In this document: positions 41,601 through 57,463 of the stretch, one piece after another
Position numbering within the stretch: the stretch's first letter is position 1
Layout: each line of letters starts with the position of its first letter
DNA from: Eledone cirrhosa
Lineage: Eukaryota
Reading direction: 5' to 3'
Assembly (NCBI GenBank): GCA_964016885.1
Contig: OZ024757.1
Span: forward strand, 62,001 to 126,000
Length of the DNA: 64,000 bases
Translations under genes and position numbers: made by a program
Notes under the pieces: generated by a model
The model's database searches: none
Told to the model about the DNA's origin: nothing
Seen by the model: only the letters and a program-made list of their open reading frames with translations

Positions 41601-44600
41601 TAGCTACTAGGGTGAGATAGTAACATGAGGATGAAGCCACTAGTTACTAGGGTGAGATAGTGACATTGGGGTGAAGACACTAACTACTAGGGTGAAATAG
41701 TGACATTGGGGTGAAGACAGTAGCTACTAGGGTGAGAAAGTGACATTGGGGTGAAGGCAGTAGCTATTTGGGTGAGATAGTGACATTGGGGCGAAGACAG
41801 TAGCTACTAGGGCGAGATAGTGACATTGGGGTGAAGATAGTAGCTACAAGTGTGAGATAGTGACATTGGAGTGAAGGCAGTAGCTACCTGGGTGAGATAG
41901 TGATATTGGGGTGGAGACAATAGCTACTAGGCTGAGACAGTGACATTGGAGTGAAGACAGTAGCTACTAGGGTGAGATAGTGACATTGGGGTGGAGACAG
42001 TAGCTACTAGGGTGAGATAGTGACATTAGGGTGAAGACAGTAGCTACTAGGGTGAGATAGTGACATTGGAGTGAAGACAGTAGCTACTAGGGTGAGATAG
42101 TGACATGAGGATGAAGCCAGTAGTTACTAGGGTGAGATAGTGACACCGGGGTGGAGACAATAGCTACTAGGGTGAGATAGTGACATTGGGGTGAAGACAG
42201 TAGCTACTAGGGTGAGATAGTGAAATTGGGGTGAAGACAGTAGATACTAGGGTGAGATAGTGACATTGGGTTGAAGACAGTAGCTATTTGGGTGAGATAG
42301 TGACATTCGGGTGAAGACCGTAGCTACTAGGGTGAGATAGTCACAATGGGGAGCCGACAGTAGCTACTAGAGTGAGATAGTGACATTGGGGGGAAGACAG
42401 TAGCTATTAGGGTGAGATAGTGACATTGGGGTGAAGACACTAGCAACTAGGGTGAGATAGTGACGTTGGGGTGAAGGCAGTAGCTACTATGGTGAGATAG
42501 TGACATTGGAGTGAAGACAGTAGCTACTAGGATGAGATAGTGACATTGGGGTGACGATAGTAGCTACTAGGGTGAAATAGTGACATTCGGGCGAAGACAG
42601 TAGCTACTAGGGTGAGATAGTGACATTGGGGTGAAGACAGTAGCTACTAGGGCGAGATAGTGACATTGGGGTGTAGATAGTAGCTATAAGGGTGAGATAG
42701 TGACATTGGGGTGGAAACAGTAACTACTAGAGTCAGATAGTGACATTTGAGTGAAGACAGTAGCTACTAGGGTGAGATAGTGACATTAGGGTGAAGACAG
42801 TAGCTACTAGGGTGAGATAGTGACATTGGGGTAAAGAGAGTAGCTATAAGGGTGAGATAGTGACATTGGGGTGAAGACAGTAGCTACTAGGGGGAGATAG
42901 TTACAATGGGGAGGCGACAGTAGCTACAAGGGTGAGATAGTGACATTGGGGTGAAGACAGTAGCTACTAGGGGGAGATAGTTACAATTGGGAGGCGACAG
43001 TAGCTACTAGGGTGAGATAGTGACATTAGGGTGAACACAGTAGCTACTAGGGTGAGATAGTGACATTGGGGTGAAGGCAGTAGCTACTAGGGTGAGATAG
43101 TGAAATTGGGGTGAAGACAGTAGCTACTAGGGTGAGATAGTGACATTAGGGTGAACACAGTAGCTACTAGGGTGAGATAGTGACATTGGGGTGAAGACAG
43201 TAGCTATTTGGATGAGATAGTGACATTGGTGTGAAGACCGTAGCTACTAGGGTGAGATAGTGACATAGGGGTGAAGGCAGTAGCTACTAGGGTGAGATAG
43301 TGAAATTGGGGTGAAGACAGTAGCTACTAGGGTGAGATAGTGACATTAGGGTGAACACAGTAGCTACTAGGGTGAGATAGTGACATTGGGGTGAAGACAG
43401 TAGCTATTTGGATGAGATAGTGACATTGGGGTGAAGACCGTAGCTACTAGGGTGAGATAGTGACATTGGGGTAAAGACAGTAGCTACTAGGGTGATATAG
43501 TGACATTGGGGTGAAGACACTGGCAACTAGTGTGACATAGTGACATTGGGGTGGAGACAATAGCTACTAGGGTGAGATAGTGACATTGGAGTGAAGACAG
43601 TAGCTACTAGGGTGAGATAGTGACATTGGGGTGAAGAGAGTAGCTACGAGGGTGAGATAGGGACATTGGGCAGAAGACAGTAGCTACTAGGGTGAAATAG
43701 TGACATTGGCGTGAAGGCAGTAGCTATTAGGGTTAGATAGTGACATTGGGCTGATGACAATAGCTACTAGGGTGAGATAGTGACATTAGGGTGAAGACAG
43801 TAGCTACTAGGGTGAGATAGTGATAATGGGGTGGAGACAATAGGTACTAGGCTGAGACAGTGACATTTGAGTGAAGACAGTAGCTACTACGGTGAGATAG
43901 TGACATTGGGGTGGAGACAGGAGCTAATAGGGTGAGATAGTGAAATTGGGGCGAAGACAGTAGCTACTAGGGTGAGATAGTGACATTGGGGTGAAGACAA
44001 TAGATACTATGGTGAGATAGTGACATTGGGTGAAGACCGTAGCTACTAGGGTGAGATAGTGACATTGGGGTGGAAACAGTAACTACTAGAGTCAGATAGT
44101 GACATTGGCATGAAGACAGTAGCTACTAGGGTGAGATAGTGACATTGGGGTAAAGTGAGTAGCTATAAGGGTGAGATAGTGACATTGGGGTGAAGACAGT
44201 AACTACTAGGGGGAGATAGTTACAATGGGGAGGCGAGAGTAGCTACAAGTGTGAGATAGTGACATTGGAGCGAAGACATTAGCTACTAGGTTGAGCTAGT
44301 GACATTGGGGTGGAGACCGTAGCTACTAGGGTGAGATAGTAACATGAGGATGAAGCCAGTAGTTACTAGGGTGAAATAGTGACATTGGGGTGAAGGCAGT
44401 AGCTACTAGGGTCCGATAATGACATTGGGGTGAAGGCAGTAGCTACTAGGGTGCGATAGTGACATTGGGGTGAAGACAGTAGCTACTTGGGTGAGATAGT
44501 GACATTGGGGCGAAGACAGTAGCTACTAGGGTGAGATAGTGACATTGGGGTGAAGACAGTAGCTACTAGGGCGACATAGTGACATTGGGGTGAAGATAGT

Positions 44601-46305
44601 AGCTACTAGTGTGAGATAGTGACATTGGAGTGAAGGCAGTAGCTACCTGGGTGAGGTAGTGATATTGGGGTGGAGACAGTAGCTACTAGGGTGAGATAGT
44701 GACATTAGGGTGAAGACAGTAGCTACTAGGGTGAGATAGTGACATTGGAGTGAAGACAGTAGCTACTAAGGTGAGATAGTGACATGAGGATGAAGCCAGT
44801 AGTTACTAGGGTGAGATAGTGACATCGGGGTGGAGACAATAGCTACTAGGGTGAGATAGTGACATTGGGGTGAAGACAGTAGCTACTAGGGTGAGATAGT
44901 GAATTTGGGGTGAAGACAGTAGATACTAGGGTGAGACAGTGAAATTGGGGTGAAGACAATAGCTACTAGGGTGAGATAGTGACATTGGGGTGAAAACAGT
45001 AGCTATTTGGGTGAGATAGTGACATTGGGGCGAAGACCGTAGCTACTAGGGTGTGATAGTGACATTGGGTTGAAGACAGTAGCTACTAGGGTGAGATATT
45101 GACATTGGGGTGAAGACAGTAGCTACTAGGGTGAGATAGTGACATTAGGGTGAAGACAGTAGCTACTAGAGTGAGATAGTGACATTGGGGGGAAGACAGT
45201 AGCTACTAGGGTGAGATAGTGACATTGGGGTGAAGACAGTAGCTACTAAGGTGAGATAGCGACATTGGGGAGAAGACAGTAGCTTCTAGGGTGAGATAGT
45301 GACATTGGGGTGAAGACAGTAGCTGCTAGGGTGAGATAGTGACGATAGTAGCTACTAGGGTGAGATAGTGACATTGGGTGAAGACAGTAGCTACACGGGT
45401 GAGATAGTGACATTGGAGTAAAGACAGTAACTACTAGGGTGAGATAGTGAAATTGGGGTGAAGACAGTAGTTACTAGGATGAGATAGTGACATTGGGGTG
45501 ACGATAGTAGCTACTAGGGTGAGATAGTGACATTGGGGAGGCGACAGTAGCTACTAGGGTGAGATAGTGACATTGGGGTAAAGACAGTAGCTATAAGGGT
45601 GAGATAGTGACATTGGGGTAAAGACAGTAGCTACTAGGGTGAGATAGTGACATTGGGGTGGAAACAGTAACTACTAGAGTTAGAGAGTGACATTGGGATG
45701 AAGACAGTAGCTACTAATGGGAGATAGTGACATTGGGGAGGCGACAGTAGCTACTAGGGTGAGATAGTGACATTGGAGAGAAGACATTAGCTACTAGGTT
45801 GAGCTAGTGAATTGGGGGTGGAGACAGTAGCTACTAGGGTGAGATATTAACATGAGGATGAAGCCAGTAGTTACTAGGGTGAGATAGTGACATTGGGTTA
45901 AAGACAGTAGCTACTAGGGTGAGATAGTGACATTGGGGTGAAGGCAGTAGCTACTAGGGTGAGATAGTGACATTGGGGTGATGACAGTAGCTACTAGGGT
46001 GAGATAGTGACATTAGGGTGAAGACAGTAGCTACTAGGGTGAGGTAGTGATATTGGGGTTTAGACAATAGCTACTAGAGTGAGATAGTGACATTGGAGTG
46101 AAGACAGTAGCTATTAGGGTGAGATAGTGACATTGGAGTGAAGACAGTAGCTACTAGGGTGAGATAGTGACATTAGGGTGGAGACAGTGACATTGGAGTG
46201 AAGACAGTAGCTACTAGTGTGAGATATTGACATTGGGGTGAAGACAGTAGCTACTAGGGTGAGATAGTGATAGTGGGATGAAGACAGTAGCTACTAGGGC
46301 GAGAT
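38694..46305 (+). repeat. 40-bp satellite array 2 (about 190 monomers), chimeric
   Basis: Same monomer. 38694-39393 matches the start of array 3, and 39394-46305 matches the last ~6.9 kb of array 1 variant by variant. Confidence 0.97.
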
Positions 46306-46759
46306 TACCTGATTGACTATGTAGGTGACTAGTTTGAAATCTACTTCCCCAGAACCTTTCAACATCTCAGTTATTTCTAATGGACCAGCAGCTTTACCAT
46401 TTTTATTCCCCTTGATTGCTTCTTTGACTCTATAACTATCTATTTCAATAGCTGGTCCGTCCTTGGGGTTAGTTGGAGATTGTCTCTCTTTTCAGTTATT
46501 TACCATTTTACAGGGTTAACTGTGTGTGATCCCTTCTATTCACTTGGGAACATATTCAACTTTGATAATAAATTGACTAAATTAGTATATTCTATACCAT
46601 AGCGTAGTTTCGATACAAGTCTTGGTTAGATCTTCTACAAATAAACTGTGACGAGAGTAATTTTTTAGTAAACCAGTTTTATTATGAACATTTACAACAT
46701 AGGCGGTTTTGATCTTGTCTTATTGTGTTTGTTTCATTAAACAGCTTTTACAGGATAAT

Positions 46760-47657
<898 letters not shown>

Positions 47658-50447
47658 CTATGGTTTCTCTCCTATATGAATACGTTTGTGATTTCTTAAG
47701 ACATTATTTTGAGAGAATGATTTACCACAGATATCACAGTGATAGGGCTTCTCTCCTGTATGGATGAGATTGTGTGTTGCTAAGTTTCCTTTCTGAGAGA
47801 ATGATTTACCACAGATATCACAATGGTATGGTTTCTCTCCTGTATGAGTAAGATTGTGTGTTAATAAGTTTCCTTTCTGTGAAAATGACTTACCACAGAT
47901 ATTACAGTGATATGGCTTCTCTCCTGTATGAATAGATTTGTGAATTGTGAAGTAATTATATTGAGAGAATGATTTACTACAGATATCACAGTGGTATGGC
48001 TTCTCTCCTGTATGAGTAAAATTGTGTGTTAATAAGCTTCCTTTCTGTGAAAATAACTTACCACAGATATTACAACGGTATGGCTTCTCGCCTGTATGAA
48101 TAAGATTGTGTAATGTCAAGTGTTTTTTCTGAGAGAATGATTTACCACAGATATCACAGTGGTATGGTTTCTCTCTTGTATGAGTAAGATTGTGTGTTAA
48201 TAAGCTTCCTTTCTGTGAAAATGACTTACCACAGATATTACAATGGTATGGCTTCTCTCCTGTATGGATGAGATTGTGTGTTAATAAGCTTCCTTTCTGT
48301 GAAAATGACTTACCACAGATATTACACTGGTATGGCTTCTCTCCTGTATGAGTAAGATTGTGTGCTAATAAGTATCCTTTCTGTGAAAATGACTTACCAC
48401 AGATATTACAGTGATATGGCTTCTCTTCTGTATGAATAGATTTGTGATTTGTTAAGACATTATTTTGAGAGAATGATTTACCACAGATATCACAGTGGTA
48501 TGGTTTCTCTCCTGTATGAATACGTTTGTGATTTGTTAAGGCATTATTTTGAGAGAATGATTTACCACAGATATCACAGTGGTAGGGCTTCTCTCCTGTA
48601 TGGATGAGATTGTGTGTTGTTAAGTGTCTTTTCAGAGAGAATGCTTTACCACAGATATCACAGTGGTATGGTTTCTCTCTTGTATGAGTAAGATTATGTG
48701 TTAATAAGTTTCCTTTATGTGAAAATGACTTACCACAGATATTACAGTGATATGGCTTCTCTTCTGTATGAATAGATTTGTGATTTGTTAAGACATTATT
48801 TTGAGAGAATGATTTACCACAGATATCACGGTAGTATGGTTTCTCTCCTGTATGGATGAGATTGTGTGTTGTTAAGTGTCCTTTCTGAGAGAATGCTTTA
48901 CCACAGATATCGCAGTGGTATGGTTTCTCTCCTGTATGAATACGTTTGTGATTTGTTAAGACATTATTTTGAGAGAATGATTTACCACAGATATCACAGT
49001 AGTATGGTTTCTCTCCTCTATGGATGAGATTGTGTCTTGTTAAGTGTCCTTTCTGAGAGAATGATTTACCACAGATATCACAATGGTATGGTTTCTCTCC
49101 TGTATGAATACGTTTGTGATTTGTTAAGACATTATTTTGAGAGAATGATTTACCACAGATATTACAGTGGTATGGCTTCTCTCCTGTATGAATATGTTTG
49201 TGATCTGCTAAGACATTATTTTGAGAGAATGATTTACCGCAGATATCACAGAAGTATGGTTTCTCTCCTGTATGAATACGTTTGTGATTTGTTAAGACAT
49301 TATTTTGAGAGAATGATTTACCACAGATATCACAGTGATAGGGCTTCTCTCCCGTATGGATGAGATTGTGTCTTGTTAAGTGTACTTTCAGAGAGAATGA
49401 TTTACCACAGATATCACAGTGGTATGGCTTCTCTCCTGTATGAATATGTTTGTGATTTGCTAAGACATTATTTTGAGAGAATGATTTATCGCAGATATCA
49501 CAGTAGTATGGTTTCTCTCCTGTATGAATACGTTTGTGATTTGTTAAGACATTATTTTGAGAGAATGATTTACCACAGATATCACAGTGATAGGGCTTCT
49601 CTCCTGTATGAATACGTTTGTGACTTGTTAAGACATTATTTTGAGAGAATGATTTACCACAGATATCACAGTGATAGGGCTTCTCTCCTGTATGAATACG
49701 TTTGTGACTTGTTAAGACATTATTTTGAGAGAATGATTTACCACAGATATCGCAGTGATAGGGTTTCTCTCCTGTATGGATGAGATTGTGTATTGTTAAG
49801 TATCCTTTAAGAGAGAATGATTTACCACAGATATTACAATGGTATGGTTTCTCTCCTTTATGGATGAGATTGTGTGTTGTTAAGTTTCCTTTCAGAGAGA
49901 ATGATTTACCACAGATATCACAGTGGTATGGTTTCTCTCCTGTATGAGTAAGATTGTGTGTTAATAGGCTTCCTTTCTGTGAAAATGACTTACCACAGAT
50001 ATTACAATGGTATGGCTTCTCTCCTGTATGGATGAGATTGTGTGTTAATAAGCTTCCTTTCTGAGAGAATGATTTACCACAGATATCACAATGGTATGGC
50101 TTCTCTCCTGTATGGATGAGATTGTGTGTTGTTAAGTGTCCTTTCAGAGAGAATGATTTACCACAGATATCACAGTGGTATGGTTTCTCTCCTGTATGAG
50201 TAAGATTGTGTGTTAATAGGCTTCCTTTCTGTGAAAATGACTTACCACAGATATTACAATGGTATGGCTTCTCTCCTGTATGGATGAGATTGTGTGTTAA
50301 TAAGCTTCCTTTCTGAGAGAATGATTTACCACAGATATCACAATGGTATGACTTCTCTCCTCTATTCTTTGTTATCTCATTAGGAATACTAAAACCTTTA
50401 GGCAGTGTTTCACATTTAACCTTCTTCTCACCCAACTTATTTTCCAT
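47658..50447 (-). CDS. C2H2 multi-zinc-finger protein copy B: 929 aa from the first ATG, 32 fingers
   Basis: Same as copy A plus one extra QNNVLTS finger (84 bp) and an S>L change at 48055. Confidence 0.9.
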   Translation of the reverse strand: MENKLGEKKVKCETLPKGFSIPNEITKNRGEKSYHCDICGKSFSQKGSLLTHNLIHTGEKPYHCNICGKSFSQKGSLLTHNLTHTGEKPYHCDICGKSFSLKGHLTTHNLIHTGEKPYHCDICGKSFSQKGSLLTHNLIHTGEKPYHCNICGKSFSQKGSLLTHNLTHTGEKPYHCDICGKSFSLKGNLTTHNLIHKGEKPYHCNICGKSFSLKGYLTIHNLIHTGEKPYHCDICGKSFSQNNVLTSHKRIHTGEKPYHCDICGKSFSQNNVLTSHKRIHTGEKPYHCDICGKSFSQNNVLTNHKRIHTGEKPYYCDICDKSFSQNNVLANHKHIHTGEKPYHCDICGKSFSLKVHLTRHNLIHTGEKPYHCDICGKSFSQNNVLTNHKRIHTGEKPYFCDICGKSFSQNNVLADHKHIHTGEKPYHCNICGKSFSQNNVLTNHKRIHTGEKPYHCDICGKSFSQKGHLTRHNLIHRGEKPYYCDICGKSFSQNNVLTNHKRIHTGEKPYHCDICGKAFSQKGHLTTHNLIHTGEKPYYRDICGKSFSQNNVLTNHKSIHTEEKPYHCNICGKSFSHKGNLLTHNLTHTREKPYHCDICGKAFSLKRHLTTHNLIHTGEKPYHCDICGKSFSQNNALTNHKRIHTGEKPYHCDICGKSFSQNNVLTNHKSIHTEEKPYHCNICGKSFSQKGYLLAHNLTHTGEKPYQCNICGKSFSQKGSLLTHNLIHTGEKPYHCNICGKSFSQKGSLLTHNLTHTREKPYHCDICGKSFSQKKHLTLHNLIHTGEKPYRCNICGKLFSQKGSLLTHNFTHTGEKPYHCDICSKSFSQYNYFTIHKSIHTGEKPYHCNICGKSFSQKGNLLTHNLTHTGEKPYHCDICGKSFSQKGNLATHNLIHTGEKPYHCDICGKSFSQNNVLRNHKRIHIGEKP

Positions 50448-51116
50448 AATGTTTCTTCTTCTCACCAAAGTATATAGATGTTATTCTTGTGTTATATTTA
50501 TATTATATTTCTAGAAATATTGTTTGATTCTATATTTCTATCAACTGTGATCTCAGTTAATATCTGAAGATTATGAAAACTTCTTTGTCATCAAAGTTTA
50601 ATTAAAATACAAAATCTTCATTCGAGATAGTGAAGAAACGAACATTTGCCAATAAACTCACTTCTGATGAAATATTTTACAGTAAGTCAGTCATAGATTT
50701 ATATAATCAGTGTTATATCAGTTCTGTATAAAACACTTTAGTCTTTGATGATAAATGTTTATGTATCCAAGGTTTAAAAATTTATCCCAATGTCATCTGG
50801 TATTCTGAAATAAGAAAGAAACAGTATGAGATAATAGAGAATACTGAAAAACTAGAGATAGATTTATTAGAGAAAATTTTAGACTTTTACATCAATAATC
50901 TCTAAATATAGACCTTTAATTGAAAAATCAACTTACTTTCGTTTTTAATTTGTTATCAATATTACATCACACAACCTTGTATGATGTCTATATATACAGA
51001 CATATATATACGTATGTCAATGTTACATCATACAACCTTGTGTGTTGTCTATATATACATATGTCAATGTTACATCATACAACCTTGTGTAATGTCTATA
51101 TATACAGACATATATA

Positions 51117-51629
51117 TATCATCATCAACGTTTAACGTCCGTGTTCCACGCTTGCATGGGTTTGGATGGGGGTATTCCCACTTGAGGCAAGAGTGATTGT
51201 CTTGCTCGCATAGGACTGTCTGGCAGGTTTTCTACAGTTGGATGCCCTTCCTAACACCAACCACATTTACAGTGTGGGACTGGGAGGTTTTTACCGTGTT
51301 GCCTACACGGCCACATTACAGCGTGGACTGTGTGTTTTTTTTGTCGTGACACCTACACGATCTCATTTGTTTCGGCCTGGATGTTGTGGCACCAACATAA
51401 CTTTACATAGGAGGGGGTGGTGTGGATGGGGTGTGGGTGGTGGGGCGGGGGTGTATTTTGTTAGAGATGCCTACTGGCTGTAGTAGGTTTTACTATGTAT
51501 TTAGGTAAGGCAGGTCTTCTCTATTACTGAGTACCGCCAAAGGTCTCGGTCCAGTGACATTGTCTTGGAAAGGTGTAAGTGTGTGAGGTCGGAGTTTATC
51601 AGCTCGTCCCAGGATTTTCTAGGTCTGCC
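51117..51629 (-). mobile_element. 5'-truncated RTE LINE 3' end, copy B
   Basis: Duplicate of 30268-30780. Confidence 0.8.
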
Positions 51630-52218
51630 TATATATATTACATTATATAACCTTGTGTAATGTCTGTGTATATAGACATAAATATATATATATGTTACAT
51701 TATACAACCTTGTGTGATGTCTATATATACAGACATATATATACATATGCCAATATTACATTATACAACCTTGTGTAATGTCTATATATAGACATATATA
51801 TACATATGTCCATATTACATTATACAACCTTGTGTAATATCTATATATATAGACATATATACATATGTTACATTATACAACCTTGTGTAATGTCTATATA
51901 TATAGACATATATATACATATATCAATATTACATTATACAACCTTGTCATGCTCTACTATCTCAAGTATTGAGTACTCTGTAGAATAATGGTCTATATAT
52001 ATATATATATATATATAAAATAAACCTGTCGTGAGTTATGAATCAGAATTTGTCGAATCTTACTGTTGCCAAATTGTTGTTTTGAGAAATGTAATGTATT
52101 TCACTTCATTTCCTTGTCTCTCCATGTTTCTTGGTCTAATTTACCTATCAGTATTTATATTGTCCCTTTAACTTTTCATAATGATGGTCGAATCTGTAGG
52201 TCCTTCATAAAAATAATC

Positions 52219-54859
52219 TTCTAGTTGGTACTATGAATGTAGCCACTTAAAAAGGTCGCTCTAACAAGGTTGTAGAGATGCTTCAACATGAGGAAGTTGA
52301 TGTGTGTTGTGTCCAAGAGACCAGGTGGAGGGATGGGTCTGCTAGATTCATTGTGGGTAAAAAACGATGCTATAAACTACTCTGGCTGGGAAATGACAAT
52401 GGACTGGGTGGAGTAGGAATTATGTTAGCTGAAAAATGGGTAGATAAGGTAATTGACGTAAATAGAGTGAACAACAGAATAATTAAAATAAGACTAGTCC
52501 TAAATAGAACTACCGTGACAATAATATCCGCTTATGCACCCCAATCTGGACTACCATTATAAAAGATTCTATGAGTCGCTAATGCTCACTACCTCCCAAA
52601 TAACCGACAGTGACTACATAATTATTGCTGGTGACCTACATGGTCATGTTGGACAACATTGTGACGGCTATGGGTTTGGTACTAGAAATGAGAATCCTGG
52701 AATTCTGTGATGCAAATAACCTAACTATGTGTAACACAAACTTCAAAAAACGAAACAATCACTTGATCACCTATAGATCAGGGGAACACTCCAGTCAGAT
52801 AGATTATATCCTTACTAGAAGACGTGACAGAGTGTCTATTGTAAACACTAAATCCCTCCCCCGTGAAGAATGCACCTCCCAACATAGCCTCATAGTTAGT
52901 GACCTCATAGTCAGGACTAGACATACTCGACAATAGAATGCCTTGAGGAGAAGAATATGGAAATTGAAGGACCCCTCAGCCAGTAACAAATTTAAAAGCA
53001 TATTACTTGATGCTTTTGACAGTAAGGAAGAGCAATTAGAGACATACAATATAGAGGAATAGGGGGAATTCCTGAAAGTTAACCTGCTGAAGGCAAAAGA
53101 TGAGATCAGTTGGTGGAGTAGACCTATAGGCAGGAAGAGAGTAACGTGGTGGTGGAACAGTAAGGTAGAGGAGTCAATCAAGGCCAAAAAACAGGCTTGG
53201 GAAGTATGGCAGGATGGGGGAAGTAGAGAACACTATCAAGTGGCCAGGAGAGAAGCTAGGAGACACATGTACTTTGCAAGAAGAGAAGCAGAGGACAGAA
53301 AGTTCAAGCATGTTCTACAACGCGAGGACCAAAAACGTGAGGTGTTTAGGATTGCTAGGCAATGTGTCAAGGAAAACCGTGATATTGTCAGGGAGAAGTG
53401 TTACCGTAATGATGATGGTGTACTTGCCATCACTGATGCTGATAAGAAGGTAGCTTGGAAGTGTCACTACGAGAGACTACTAAATGAGGAGAATAAATGA
53501 GAAAAAGATAGTCTGCCCCAAATTGATCCAATAGAGGGACCAGCAGTGCAAGTTAAACGTAGTATAATAAGTAAGGCAATCAAAGATATGAAGACAGGCA
53601 AGGCAGCTGGGCCTTCGGGGATAGTTGCTGAAATGCTGAAAGCATCTGGAATGGTGGGACACACTATGGTCACCCGGATAGTAAACCAAGTCATACAGAA
53701 TGAGATCATACCAAATGACTGGCGTAGCAGCATCATCATTAACTGCTACAAGGGTAAAGGAGATGCCCTAGATAGGGGAAACTATAGAGGCATTAAATCA
53801 GTTGACCAGGTCATGAAGGTCACAGAAAGAGTTATAGCACAACTAATCAGAGAGCGAATTGATCTAGATGAAATGCAGTTTGGGTTTGTGTCAGGTAAAA
53901 GTACCACAGATGCTCTTTTCCTTGTACAACAACTACAGAAGTACCTAGCTAAAAGTAAACCCCTATACTTAGCTTTTGTTGACTTGGAGAAAGCCTTTGA
54001 CAGAGTCCCCCGCTCCATTATCTGGTCGGCTCTTAGAAAACTGGGTGTTGATGAATGGCTTGTGAGAGCTATACAAGCCATGTATAAAGAAACAGTCAGC
54101 AAGGTTAGAATTAACAATGAATATAGTGAAGAATTTAGCGTAAAAGTTGGTGTTCATTAAGGCTCTGTCTTTAGCCCCCTCCTATTTATTATTGCCGTTC
54201 AGGCTATAACAGAGGAGTTCAAGCCCATGGGAGCTTCCATACACAGATGATCTAACTCTCATAGTAGAATCGATGGGTGAACTAGAGAAGAAATTCCAAA
54301 CATGGAAGCATGGCCTAGAATCAAAAGGCCTTAAAGTTAACTTGTCTAAGACTAAAGTTCTAGTATGTAGAAAGGAAAATAGGGCACAGGTTCCATCTGG
54401 GAAATGGCCATGCTCAGTGTGTAGGAAAGGAGTAGGCAGAAATTCCATTTTATGTCCCAAATGCAAACTATGGGTACATAAAAGATGTAGAGGGATCACA
54501 GGTAAGCTATCTTAGAATGTAGATTTTATATGTGGCTGATGCTCAGGTGCAATAAGTAGCAAGTGCCCACAGGATACTAGCTCCTTCTATTGCCCAGATG
54601 GTTCTATAGAAATAGTGGACACCTTTCGTTACCTGGGTGACAAAATCAGCAGTGGTGGATGGGTGCTCTGAAAGTACAGTAGCCAGAGTCAGAATGGGGT
54701 GGAAAAAGTTCAGAGAGCTATTGGCCACTAAAGGTTTCTCTCTAAAAATGAAAGGCAGATTATATGATGCCTGCATACGAACAGCAATGTTACATGGCAG
54801 TGAGACCTGGGCACTGTGCAGAGGACCTGCGCAGACTGGAGAGGAATAAAGCATGATCG
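52219..54859 (+). mobile_element. Degraded RTE-clade LINE, copy B
   Basis: Same ORF fragments as copy A at offset 20849. Confidence 0.92.
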
Positions 54860-57432
54860 TGTCCACAAGACATGTATCAGACGGTGTTTCAGCTAACTCT
54901 ATTAGAACCCTATTATGTACAGCCACCAACAAATGTCCCTTCACCATCAAAGCAGCTCCCTGATATACAGATACACAATCCCTACTTGGCTGGCTAATCT
55001 TGACATAGTCATAATTGTTTCTACTTTTGGCACAAGGCCAGTAATTGTGAGAGTGTATTACTGGTACTTTAGTCAATGAAACGAAACCCACGTTTAAATA
55101 AGTTTCAACCATAAGTAGATGAAGTGAATTAATTTGAAAGAGATTCAGACTAAAACGACGATAACTTTAATTTACGTCAAACAGCGAGGTACAGTTAAAT
55201 ATAAAATATATTTTAGAATATAAGGTAGTAAATAACATAATTAGATAGACAGAGGTGATTGAAATAATAAAGATATCTTTAATTTACTTCAAACAACGAG
55301 GTACAGTTAAATATAAAATATATTTTATAATATAAGGTAGTAAATAATATAAATAGACGGAGGTAATTGAAATAATAAAGACAGTCATGATAACAATATA
55401 TTTTATATTACATGTTACAGTGGAATCTGTCTATTGAAAAATAACCCATTTCAGTTTGGAAGTATTTTTCTCTATATATAAAATGACGAGGTTGAAATAT
55501 CTTCTCCCAATGTTGTTATATAATTATTGTATCGTTGAAAGGTTCACATAATTCTATTTTTTACATACATTAATATAGACTTCAAATGAATCTTTGTCAA
55601 CTTACCTCCTTCATATATAATCAATGTGTTGTGTTGTTAGTTTTTACTAAACAACAAAAGAAATAATCTCTTTGTTGTTAAATTAGAAATTTCAAAGATG
55701 TTATCAGCTTTATTTCAGGACATCAACGTTGGTGTAACTTCTTCATATTTAGTCATGAATTGATATCTTGTCAGAATAAAGTAGTGAGGCTGACTTTATG
55801 TCTTTAGCCAGAGATTTGATAGGAAATATGTATATATTAGGTTGATATGTGGTTTAAATATATATATTGTCTACAAATGACTGATAGCAGATATTCTGGT
55901 GAAATAGTCGTTTTTCTACTACAGATTATAATGGAACTCTTAGTAGACACAATTGTAAAGTAAGAATAGATATGACAGTGTAAGACTGATGTCAGGGAAA
56001 GAAAATTATGTGTGTATATATATATAGTTAATTGTTACACAAGATATAATTAGACTAATTAAAGTTGTAATGAAGACAGCATGTACGCGGTGGAGTTAAC
56101 AAAGTTTCAACTTTCTTACCGGTGTCGTACGTTAAAAGTAACTGATATAATTTAATCCATTCAAACACATTTCCAATCGTATCTAATTGATGGTAAATCG
56201 AAAAGTATCACTCAGTTAAATATCGATAAGGAAACATCTACGTAGTATCTCACACTGCTAGAAATAGCAGCTAAATTATCTTTTACAACTTTGCTTTTTG
56301 TTTAGACTCTCTTAATTTTGGTTATACAATCAACAATAGTAAGTCTTTTGTTCAGACTTCGGAATACGGTGGGAGACCTTCAGAAGATGCACGGGTGTGT
56401 GAATATATATACATATATATAAATACATGTTGAGGAACATGCGTTAGGGGTTAGATCGAAAGGTGATGTGTTGTGTCCTTGAGCAAGACACTTTATTGCC
56501 AAGATATATCGGCCATAGCCTTTCCGGTGGACATCACTGGTGGCGTGGAAAGTGAAAGGTGATATGCATGGTCGACTGTTGGTCTTATTAATACAACTTT
56601 GCCCGGACCTGTGCCTCAGAAGTAAACTTTCTAGGTGCAAATCACATGGGCATTTGTGACCAAAGGGGGTCTTTGATATGTATATATAATGTATTTTGCA
56701 ATACACTTTATGCTTAATTAAAAGCATTTTGAAGACCGTAAGCTATTGTTTTAAAGTAGTGACAAATTCACTCACTTTGATCTCAGCAAACAGGGGAGAT
56801 AAGCCGACGGTCTTCAAAATGCTTTTAATTAAGCATAAAGTGTATTGCAAAATACATTATATATACATCCATATATATATTGCTATTGACACACGAGTTG
56901 TGATATATTAGTAAAAAGGAAAAGAAAATGCTGACAAATTTTTCCCAGTGAAAAATAGTTCAATTAGGAATAAGTATAAATAAGTATTAATTAGTATTCA
57001 GTTTTAGTTTTAAGTTTTTACCGGTGGTTGCGCATTTCTTATGCTTTTCAAAAATAATTTTGAGATAGAGTGCTCGTGATTTTTGCTCTAATCTGATCAG
57101 TTTTATGTGAAAAAAGTGGCTTGAGAGGCATTAAAATTTGGTTGGTTGTTGAATGTCATGTGAATAAACGCTATAAAATTTGCGCCTATTCGTGTGGCAT
57201 AAATTCTTGTCGTCAAAACAATTTTGATTGGTCGGTAGAAGTCACGTGAATGTTTAAATTGATTTTAGCGCGAGCTGGTTTCGCGCCAAATGTAGGTTTG
57301 TCGAAGAGTGATCTTTTCCGCTTGATTGAGTTGCAGTCATGTTGAGGGGTCAACAGTTCAGGTGTCTATATGTGTGTGTGTAGCAAAGTGGTTCATTGTT
57401 GTGATAAGGGAAATGAATCGGTCTGTAGGAAT

Positions 57433-57463
<31 letters not shown>

